Shown one piece after another: positions 8,878 through 16,418 of a stretch of DNA of 45,858 nt (positions are counted from its first letter, which is position 1; every line of letters begins with the position of its first letter). The notes under the pieces are model-generated. The model made no database searches, was not told where the DNA came from, and worked only from the letters and a program-made list of their open reading frames with translations. The DNA is from Thermofilaceae archaeon (GTDB taxonomy: Archaea; Thermoproteota; Thermoprotei; Thermofilales; Thermofilaceae), in contig JAVYWK010000014.1 in NCBI GenBank assembly GCA_038727095.1, positions 1 to 45,858 on the forward strand, read 5' to 3'. Position numbers and translations under genes: made by a program.

Positions 8878-9095
8878 AGCTTCTCCCTGTGCTCTCTGAT
8901 GATCTGCCAGGAGGGCTTATCGAGCTGTGCTCTCCTCGCGATGTCGTCCATTACGTTGACCGCCCACTCCACCTCCTTCCTCTTCACCTCTCTCTCGAGA
9001 GCCCTCCTGATCACCTCGCTCACGTTGATCCCGTACCTTTTCGCTTTTTCCCAAATCTCCCTGTTGACTCTAGCGGACACCGTGACGTACTCCAC
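8874..9095 (-). CDS. vapB: VapB-type ribbon-helix-helix (CcdA-like) antitoxin
   Basis: VTVSARV...AKRYGINVSEVIRRALE; 73 aa, directly upstream of the PIN toxin. Confidence 0.88.
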   Translation of the reverse strand: MEYVTVSARVNREIWEKAKRYGINVSEVIRRALEREVKRKEVEWAVNVMDDIARRAQLDKPSWQIIREHREKL

Positions 9096-9112
9096 GCTCG
9101 AACTCGCTGGAG

Positions 9113-9147
9113 GTAATATAAAAATGTTATTACATTTTTCGTATTAC
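9113..9147. promoter_or_regulatory. Extended palindrome in vapBC promoter (candidate operator / GH35 terminator)
   Basis: GTAATA-T-AAAAATGT-TATT-ACATTTTT-CG-TATTAC; 8-bp perfect arms at 9120-9127 and 9132-9139. Confidence 0.55.
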
Positions 9148-12100
9148 TCGCTTGTAAGCTCCAGCGTGGATAGCGCATGGGTGTAGAAGGGCTCGAGGCT
9201 GAGCGACGTTACACCGGCTTCGCTGCCGGTGATGTGCACCATGATGGCCAGGTTGTTTAAGCCGTTCCTGACGAGGGGCTCGGGGATGTAGAACTCCGTT
9301 TGAGGGCCTTCGCTGGCAAACCTTCCCACGAACTGACCGTTAAAGTAGATCAGCATTCTAACCCCTCTTGCTTCAACCTTCAGCTTTAGTGGCGCGCGCA
9401 CTCTCTCCCTCACGTTTACGGTGAACGTCCCTCTCAGCCACACGATGCTGCCCTCAGAGTTCCGAAGCTCGAGGGGTAGCCTCGTGGGGGTCCAACCCGC
9501 TGCCTCAACCTCTTCCCTGTACCAGCCGTTGGCTAGCCCAAGGGTTCCGGCCGCGACGAAGCATTCGCCGCTCAGCTTCGCGCGGTAGATCTTAAGGATC
9601 GGGTTGCGGGGGGTCTGCCACCACGCGACAGCCCGATCCCACAGGAGGGCGATCTCGTTCTCGCCCACCACGAGGTAGTCGGTGACGTCAATGGGGCCAG
9701 TGTATACGCCGAGGTACCGTTTGTTGACGAACAGGGGGGCTCGGCCCGAGAACTCGAATATGTATCGGCCCTCGATCTTGTCTATCCTGAAGCGCTTAAC
9801 GTAGAATCCCTGTTCGCTTACAGACTCCACCCCTTCGCCCTTCTGCTCGAGGTTTGGATCGTTGAGTAGCTGCTCGAGCTGCTCAGGCATGTGAAGGAAG
9901 CTGGAGAAGCTGAAGCTAGGCCCGTACGGTATCGAGTAGCCGACTCGAAGCCAACCCCTCAGCTCCTCCTCTCTCACTTTCCCCAGGTAGATGCCCCCAA
10001 CGATACCGTTGGGCACGTAGAGCAGCCCGTCGTTAGGGTGACCCAACGACTCGAGAACCACGACCAGCTTGTTCTCGCCGGGCCTCAGGGCTCCCGAAGC
10101 ATCAACCTCGATGCTGTGGTAGGCTGAACCAAGGTGAACTCCGTTGAGGATCGCGGATGCGAAATCGTTGAAGTAGCCTACGTAGAGCGTCCTATCACCA
10201 CTGAGTTCGTCATCCTTCAGATTGAAGCGGATCACGTAGGTCGCGTAACCGTTATCCAGCAGGCCAACCTCCTCCAGCGGTGTACCGAGCTCGACTGGCT
10301 CTCCTTGGGGACGGCTTTCTTCGCGCTTAATCGACCACACGCCGGTGGAGACGGAGGGTTCAGTGCGTGTGGGGGCGCTGAGCTCGAGGCGGTACAGTCT
10401 CCCGTAAATGCGCGTTAGCGGTGTCGCGACCCCATCGATAAGCGCGCTGACCAGTGGTTGGGGTGAGTAGATGAGTAGAGGCCCACCGCTCCTCTCGTCG
10501 AGCTCCAATTCGAGCTTGAATCTTCCCCCTTCAACGGAGGCTTCACCGACGAAGTACACGTTGGAAATCAGAACGATGGGTCTACTGTACTCGTCTATGA
10601 GCCACGTCCGCTCAGCCCTGAACCTAGACGTCGCAACTACGGTCAGAGTGCTGCCGCCGCTGCTAAGCACGGCGATGGAGTCTGCCTCACCGTGCACGCA
10701 CCTTGCTACAATCATCCTTTCATCTCTTTTCTCGATGCTAAAGCCGCTGGCGTACTCGACGTTCACGTTTTCCTCAGACGCGACTGCCAACCCGCCTTCC
10801 TCACCGGGGTCACCGTAAACGACCAGGAGGGCTTCGCCCCCCTCAACAACCTTCAGTAGGGGTTCTGAAGCGGTGTACACCAGCCTGAAGGGGGTACCCT
10901 CGATTGTATAGTTGAGAACTACAAACTTTGCGTTTCGAGCCGGCGCGCGTATCGACCCGCTGTAGGGGATGACCTCACCTTTGTACCTCAACTTGACGTT
11001 GGCGTGGCGATCAGCTAGGTTTCTCAGTACGACGAGAGCCTCGCCTCTCTCGCCTACTCTCGAGAACATATCAATTCCAGGTTCAGAGACCTGCACAAAG
11101 CCCTCCGCCGTCTTAGTCGAAACGAGCAGATCGTTGAAGCTGCGCGTGAACAACGCGGTCCGCTTGATCGCGTAGTATCTCTCGCGTAGATAACCCCACT
11201 CGCTGATCGCTGCCTCGTAGTCGTAGCTCGTGGTTATGTGCTTGCCCGTGTAATAGCCCGGGTTCGTGCCGCCGTGGAACATGTAGATGTTCACCGCGTT
11301 CACTCCCAGACCGATCGTCGTTTTGATCAGAGTTTCCGTCCATTGAGAGGGGAAGCTCCCCCTGTTCGTGGGCAAAGGCCCGCCAAAGGTTGTGAACCAA
11401 CCGCCCTCCAGCTCCATATGCATCTTCGGCATGCCGGGCTGGGTTTTCACGTAGCTGCGCACCTTGCCATCGAAGCCTGCGATATCCCACTGCGAGGGGT
11501 AATCGTCGATGGTGTTGACGATTGGAGTGCCCTCCACGTGCCAATCCTCGTTCGTCACGATCGGGAGGTCGGTGACGTACCCTCTGGCGATCTCGTAGAG
11601 CTTGATGAGGTAGGGGGCGTCACCCCAGAAGTACTCGTTCTCCACCTGTACCATGATCACAGGGCCGCTCCTCGACACTGAACGCCGAGCGATCAGCGGT
11701 AGAACTGTCCCGTACCACTTCTCCGCTTGGGAGATGTAGGCTGGGTCGAGAGACCTCAGCACGTTCACCTTCCTATAAAGCCAGTTCGGGTGGCCGCCAC
11801 TATCCCACTCAGAGCAGATGTAGGGTCCCGGCCTCGCGATGAAGTAAAGCCCGAGCTTCCGCGCCAGCTCCATGTAGCCCTCCAGATCCCTGCTAAACGC
11901 GGAGTTCTCATAGAACCCACCGGCTCCCGCGTCGCGGAAGAGTAGCAACCCCTCTCGAGGTTCATGCCAGTTCCACGCAATGTAGCTTGCAATAGTGTTC
12001 AGACCAGCCCGCTTCGCCTTAAGGAGCCTATCATACCACAGAGCCTTCGGTACCCTAAAGTAGTGAACCTCCCCACCGAAGATGAAAAGGGGTTTCCCAG

Positions 12101-12251
12101 AAACCTCGAAGAAACCGCTCGTAGCAACAACAGTGGGAGTCACGGGCCCATACCACCTCTCCCGGAGGTACTGTGGGAGGAATAAAAGAGTTAGCACTAT
12201 AATGGCTATGACGATCGCTTCGCGGAACTTCCTCGCGTCACTATCGGCCAT
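9144..12251 (-). CDS. Glycoside hydrolase family 35 (beta-galactosidase-like), N-terminally membrane-anchored
   Basis: GGEVHYFR, YIAWNWHEP, ARPGPYICSEWDSGG, QVENEY (acid/base), MELEGGWF (nucleophile), YMFHGGTN, TSYDYEA, GPQTEFYIP; N-terminal TM (IVIAIIVLTLLFL). Confidence 0.93.
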   Translation of the reverse strand: MADSDARKFREAIVIAIIVLTLLFLPQYLRERWYGPVTPTVVATSGFFEVSGKPLFIFGGEVHYFRVPKALWYDRLLKAKRAGLNTIASYIAWNWHEPREGLLLFRDAGAGGFYENSAFSRDLEGYMELARKLGLYFIARPGPYICSEWDSGGHPNWLYRKVNVLRSLDPAYISQAEKWYGTVLPLIARRSVSRSGPVIMVQVENEYFWGDAPYLIKLYEIARGYVTDLPIVTNEDWHVEGTPIVNTIDDYPSQWDIAGFDGKVRSYVKTQPGMPKMHMELEGGWFTTFGGPLPTNRGSFPSQWTETLIKTTIGLGVNAVNIYMFHGGTNPGYYTGKHITTSYDYEAAISEWGYLRERYYAIKRTALFTRSFNDLLVSTKTAEGFVQVSEPGIDMFSRVGERGEALVVLRNLADRHANVKLRYKGEVIPYSGSIRAPARNAKFVVLNYTIEGTPFRLVYTASEPLLKVVEGGEALLVVYGDPGEEGGLAVASEENVNVEYASGFSIEKRDERMIVARCVHGEADSIAVLSSGGSTLTVVATSRFRAERTWLIDEYSRPIVLISNVYFVGEASVEGGRFKLELELDERSGGPLLIYSPQPLVSALIDGVATPLTRIYGRLYRLELSAPTRTEPSVSTGVWSIKREESRPQGEPVELGTPLEEVGLLDNGYATYVIRFNLKDDELSGDRTLYVGYFNDFASAILNGVHLGSAYHSIEVDASGALRPGENKLVVVLESLGHPNDGLLYVPNGIVGGIYLGKVREEELRGWLRVGYSIPYGPSFSFSSFLHMPEQLEQLLNDPNLEQKGEGVESVSEQGFYVKRFRIDKIEGRYIFEFSGRAPLFVNKRYLGVYTGPIDVTDYLVVGENEIALLWDRAVAWWQTPRNPILKIYRAKLSGECFVAAGTLGLANGWYREEVEAAGWTPTRLPLELRNSEGSIVWLRGTFTVNVRERVRAPLKLKVEARGVRMLIYFNGQFVGRFASEGPQTEFYIPEPLVRNGLNNLAIMVHITGSEAGVTSLSLEPFYTHALSTLELTSE

Positions 12252-12301
12252 ACCGAATCAAACAGGACGCGGCAGTTATTTTTCACGCGCCATCGATGAA
12301 C

Positions 12302-12315
12302 GAAAGATTTAAATA
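12302..12315 (+). promoter_or_regulatory. Archaeal BRE-TATA promoter
   Basis: GAAAGA-TTTAAATA; would start transcription at about 12338-12341, the 5' end of a base-paired element. Confidence 0.65.
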
Positions 12316-12338
12316 GGGCTGCTCTCACTTATATAATC

Positions 12339-12510
12339 GGAGACAGCCGGCCCCGGACAACCCCCCGGGATACTTGGCTCAAACGTTAGGTGTAAATCGC
12401 GCTCAACGACGTCCAACGTACGAGGCCGCCCATGCCTTCAGCGAGTAAGGGCGGCCAGTATGGGGAACCCCCGCGGGGGTCGGGGGACACCGGCTGTCGC
12501 TCTCTTTTCT
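12339..12510 (+). ncRNA. Candidate novel structured RNA (~160 nt), stand-alone or leader
   Basis: Terminal stem GACAGCCGG (12342-12350)/CCGGCTGTC (12490-12498); internal stems ATACT/AGTAT, ACGTT/AACGT, GGCCGCCC/GGGCGGCC, ACCCC/GGGGT; promoter upstream, TCTCTTTTCT downstream. Confidence 0.62.
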
Positions 12511-12539
12511 ATCACAGTAAAAATGAAATACTTCATTGT

Positions 12540-12776
12540 ATGCCGGCGGTTGTGCCCGGTTTAGGCTGGTTAGCCGGTTCTCTGCTCGGCCTAGCTCTGG
12601 CTGTGCTTCTGATCCTCATAGGCTTACTGCTCATCGTGCTTGTCGTTAAAGCCGTCATCATGCTGCTCCCAGCCTTCCTCGTCGCGCTCATCGTCTGGCT
12701 GATCTCTAAGGACACAATGCTAGCTGCAATAGCGTTTCTAGTGGTAGCGATCATAGTTTTCATTAAACGCCTGTAG
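12540..12776 (+). CDS. Small hydrophobic membrane protein (about 3 TM)
   Basis: 78 aa, almost entirely hydrophobic; start at ATG 12540 or GTG 12552 (ORF track start 12432 runs through the structured RNA); 7 bp before the phosphorylase. Confidence 0.78.
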   Translation: MPAVVPGLGWLAGSLLGLALAVLLILIGLLLIVLVVKAVIMLLPAFLVALIVWLISKDTMLAAIAFLVVAIIVFIKRL

Positions 12777-12783
12777 CCGCTGG

Positions 12784-14430
12784 GTGGGTATTGTGGAAGC
12801 GAATAGGGGGAGCATCGTATTCGTAGCCATGGAAATCCAGCTGGAGGGGCTGCCGACGTACGCGGGAGGCTTAGGTTTGTTGGCGGGCGATCTGCTCCAG
12901 TCAGCTGCAGACCTCGGCCTGCCGTTGATTGGCGTTACGCTGGCTTACGATAGAGGTTACGTGTGGCATGAGATCGTCGATGGGAGAGTGGTATACAGGG
13001 ATGAGCCCTACGAGCCCGCAAGCTGCTGCGAGAAGCTCGACTTGAGGCTGAGGATCGATCTGAAGACGGGCCCCATCCACCTCGCTGCCTGGCGTAGGAC
13101 GCTGAGGGGGGCTGGCGGCGAGGTTCCAGTCTACCTGCTGGACGCCAGGGTTCCCGAAAACCCTCCCCATCTAAGGGGGCTCACATCGAGGGTTTACATC
13201 GAGGGAAGTAGGGAGGAGAGGCTACTGAAGATGCTGTGCCTCGGACTGGGCGCGCTTCAGCTCGTCGAGGAACTGGGGTTAAAAGTAAGGAAGTTCCACT
13301 TGAATGAGAGTCACGCGGGCTTCCTGGCGATCGAGCTGCTCAAGCGCAGCGGCGATCCCAGTGGGGCGAAGAGAAGGGTAGTTTTTACGACTCATACACC
13401 CCTGCCCTACGGTCACGAGTCCTTCGGCTACGATCTTGTTGAGAAGCACTACGATGTCCCAAAGATGGTTAAGGAGCTGAGCCCCGATAGGCTGGTGATG
13501 ACGAGGGTTCTAACGGAGCTCGCCGGCTACTACAACTGCGTCTCCCGCAAGTTCGGCCTCGTCCACCGCCTCCTCTTCCCCGGATCCAACCCGGATTACA
13601 TCACGAACGGCGTCCACCACGTGCGCTGGACTCACCCAGCCGTCGCGAGCTTCTACGATAAGTGGGCTCCCGGTTGGAGGAGCGAGCCGGGCCGCCTGTA
13701 CAGGGTCCTGCGCGCGCCGCTAGAGGAGGTTGTAGCGGTGAAGCAGAAGTGCAGGAAGGAGCTGGCCGAGTACGCAAGCTCGAGGGGCTACGTGAACCGC
13801 GAGCTCGACCCGAGGGCGTTCACCATCGCCGCCCGGCGGAGGATCACGGGCTACAAGCGGCTCTCGCTCATACTGAGGGATCGCGAGCTCCTCGACCAGC
13901 TGGGGAAGCGGTACGGGATACAGCTGGTTTTCAGCGGCACCGTCCACCCCGACGACCAGAGTGGGAGGGAGGAGCTGTCGAGGATCCTCGACGCGATCTC
14001 AACCCTCTCTCACGTGAGGATCGCTTTCATCGGCTGGCGTGAAGCGAGCATTGAGAAGCTCACTGCCGCGGGGGCGGATCTCTGGCTCCACGTCCCGAGA
14101 CCGCCGTACGAGGCTTGCGGGACCAGCTGGATGCGCGCGGCTCTGAACCTGACGCCCACGCTCGCCTCTAGGGATGGGGGGGTGCTGGAGGCCTTGATCG
14201 ACGGCCACAACGGCTGGCTGTTCGGCAAAGACGTTTTATCGCCGAGCGAGCCGCTGAGCGATGAGGAAGACGCGAGGGAGCTGTACTCGAAGCTCCAGGA
14301 GATTCTGGAGCTCCGCGAGAGGAACTACAGGGCTTACGCGCTCGTCTGCGCTAGGGCTGCAGCAACCATAGCCCCCTACTTCAACAGCCACAGAGCGCTC
14401 TGCGAGTACGTTTCCAGAGCCTATGAGTAA
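12784..14430 (+). CDS. glgP: Alpha-glucan (maltodextrin/glycogen) phosphorylase homologue, GT35, short form
   Basis: PTYAGGLGLLAGD, HLNESH, VFTTHTP, ITNGVH, RRITGYKR, EACGTSWMRAALN (PLP Lys replaced by Arg), NGWLFG. Confidence 0.85.
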   Translation: MGIVEANRGSIVFVAMEIQLEGLPTYAGGLGLLAGDLLQSAADLGLPLIGVTLAYDRGYVWHEIVDGRVVYRDEPYEPASCCEKLDLRLRIDLKTGPIHLAAWRRTLRGAGGEVPVYLLDARVPENPPHLRGLTSRVYIEGSREERLLKMLCLGLGALQLVEELGLKVRKFHLNESHAGFLAIELLKRSGDPSGAKRRVVFTTHTPLPYGHESFGYDLVEKHYDVPKMVKELSPDRLVMTRVLTELAGYYNCVSRKFGLVHRLLFPGSNPDYITNGVHHVRWTHPAVASFYDKWAPGWRSEPGRLYRVLRAPLEEVVAVKQKCRKELAEYASSRGYVNRELDPRAFTIAARRRITGYKRLSLILRDRELLDQLGKRYGIQLVFSGTVHPDDQSGREELSRILDAISTLSHVRIAFIGWREASIEKLTAAGADLWLHVPRPPYEACGTSWMRAALNLTPTLASRDGGVLEALIDGHNGWLFGKDVLSPSEPLSDEEDARELYSKLQEILELRERNYRAYALVCARAAATIAPYFNSHRALCEYVSRAYE

Positions 14431-15013
14431 GGTAGCGATTGCGGTGAGCTGCTCCGGCGCGGAGAAGGTCCTCTACCACCGCTTCAGAGGTGAGCCGTTT
14501 CTGGCCGAGGCGTTAAAAGGCAGCCGGCAGCTCTACGAGTTTTTCAAAGGCCTCGTCGAGCTGGCTAGGCAGGGTTACCCGCGTTTGATCTGCGCGAAGC
14601 TTGGGACTAAGGTTGCCGCAGCCGCCGTCTACACGGTGCCTGAGCGGCTCAGGGCCAGCCAGCTGACAGGGCTGCTGAAGCTTCTGCTCCACACCGCCGG
14701 GCTGCGCGTGCTCTTTAGATCACTACGCACTGCAAGAAGTTTCTGGGCCTACGCGAAGGCATTGCGGGGTTTGGAGCCGAGCGGCCACTTACTCTTCATC
14801 GCTTCAGCTCTAGAGGGCATGGGTTACGGCTCCCTCCTCCTTAAGCTGGTAGAGAGAGCCTGCGCGAGAGCTGGCTGCAAGTGGCTCGTGCTGGAGGTGC
14901 ACGTAGGTAACCCGGCCGTCCGATTCTACCTTAAAAGGGGGTATAGGCCGAGAGGGTCTGTCGAGTGGCTCGGCGCTAGGTACCTGCTAATGGCTAAGCC
15001 CCTTCACTCCTAA
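14423..15013 (+). CDS. GNAT family N-acetyltransferase
   Basis: EGMGYGSLLL, LEVHVGNPAVRFYLKRGY; overlaps the phosphorylase stop. Confidence 0.85.
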   Translation: MSKVAIAVSCSGAEKVLYHRFRGEPFLAEALKGSRQLYEFFKGLVELARQGYPRLICAKLGTKVAAAAVYTVPERLRASQLTGLLKLLLHTAGLRVLFRSLRTARSFWAYAKALRGLEPSGHLLFIASALEGMGYGSLLLKLVERACARAGCKWLVLEVHVGNPAVRFYLKRGYRPRGSVEWLGARYLLMAKPLHS

Positions 15014-15215
15014 CGCGCGCAGCCTAAATGCTCAAAGGGCTTGGGCACCGAGCGAAAAGCCCGATGATTTGCCCATTCTCGACAAGCCCGGGCACTCAAG
15101 GAAAGAACCTTGAATGCGCTCTCCGCGTCGCCCACAGGGATTGAAGAGCTTTCTGCGCGCACTTTCGGTCTTCATTTATCGATAGCCTAATTTCCTCGCT
15201 GCGCACGCTACACAC

Positions 15216-16418
15216 GTGTCAGCTCTCAGCGACGCGTTGAGCACCATCGAGAGTCTAATCAGAGCGGTTGAGGAGCGCGTGTCAGCCCTGGCGCAGCCGA
15301 TATCGGGCGAGCCCTTCGAAAGAGTTGGGTTCATCGATGGGAGCTACGCGATGGACGAGAGGAGGGGTGTCTACGTGCTCGCTCTCTCCGCCGCATCCAT
15401 CGTGGTGAACGGCGGCAGAATGGAGGGGGTTCTCAGGGGTAGCGCGAAACCCCACATCACGCTGCTCGCCCCCAAGAGCTACGCCGAGTCGAGGGCGAGC
15501 CTGTTCATGTCCATCTTCGAGCTGCTCGGAGCAGTCGACTTGGTGCGGAGGGGTGTGGAAGCCGTCTTCCTGGACGGCAGCTACGTCTCAGAGATGATGG
15601 TCCCCTTCGGCCACGCGCGCGACGTCTACGACCGGTTCAACCCCCTCTCCGCCGGAGTGAGAGCGGGCGCGCTAGATGAGTGGGGTGAAGCGTCCTCAAA
15701 GGCTGCCCTGGAGGCTGCCGCCGGCGAGCTTCCCGCTTCGCTAGCCGAGCTCCTGGAGAGGATCTACTCGCACTCGAACGGGCTCTACAGCGAGATATGC
15801 GGCGTAGCTCCGGACGTTAAGAGTAGGAAGGAGGCGCTCGACTTTGCCGTCGTGTACTGCGAGACGACCTCCTACCTGGCGCTCCTGAACCACCTCCTGG
15901 ACGAGTGCGAAAGAAGGGGTGTGAAGCCCTTCTGGGTGGCGAAGGACGCCGAGAGCCGCTACATCGTCGAGAGGGAGGGCATACTCGGCTGGTTGAACGA
16001 CCTGTCCCTCCTCGACTACGCGTGGAGGGATCGCGAGTCCGTGCACACGACCCTTAAGGGGGTGCCTATCCACAAGCCGAAACCCTGCGCGCTCTGGACC
16101 CTCCTCCTCGACGAGGTGTACGAGCGGTGGGGCGGGTACGGCGTCAGCTACTTCAAGTTTGGTAGAGCCGGTGCCGTGTCCCAGATGACGTACCCGCACT
16201 TCGTAGGGGAGGAGGACGTATCCGCCGCCCTCGCGACGCTCAGAGCATTGGCGGACCACAGGGGCTACCCGAGGCCCCTCAGCTACGTCCACCACATCGC
16301 CGTCCTGAACCCGGAGTTCGCGAAGCTGATCGCTGACGAGCTCTACAGGAGGGAGAAGAACCCCATCCTCAAGTCCATGCTGGCTCCCAGCGGTAGAGCC
16401 ATGGCGGGGTTGAGGTGA
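15216..16418 (+). CDS. nurA: NurA-family nuclease
   Basis: GFIDGS, VFLDGS, WVAKDAESR, GYPRPLSYVHHIA; directly upstream of a HerA ATPase. Confidence 0.85.
   Translation: MSALSDALSTIESLIRAVEERVSALAQPISGEPFERVGFIDGSYAMDERRGVYVLALSAASIVVNGGRMEGVLRGSAKPHITLLAPKSYAESRASLFMSIFELLGAVDLVRRGVEAVFLDGSYVSEMMVPFGHARDVYDRFNPLSAGVRAGALDEWGEASSKAALEAAAGELPASLAELLERIYSHSNGLYSEICGVAPDVKSRKEALDFAVVYCETTSYLALLNHLLDECERRGVKPFWVAKDAESRYIVEREGILGWLNDLSLLDYAWRDRESVHTTLKGVPIHKPKPCALWTLLLDEVYERWGGYGVSYFKFGRAGAVSQMTYPHFVGEEDVSAALATLRALADHRGYPRPLSYVHHIAVLNPEFAKLIADELYRREKNPILKSMLAPSGRAMAGLR

Noticed and set aside
12339-12510. Structured element as RNase P, SRP, 5S, tRNA or a known riboswitch
   Set aside because: Lacks the GAGGAA core, SRP helix 8 motif, 5S and tRNA signatures, and TPP/FMN/fluoride/cobalamin consensus; kept as an unclassified candidate.
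12432-12539. N-terminal extension of the 114-aa ORF
   Set aside because: Overlaps the base-paired RNA and its T-tract; the hydrophobic protein begins at 12540 or 12552.
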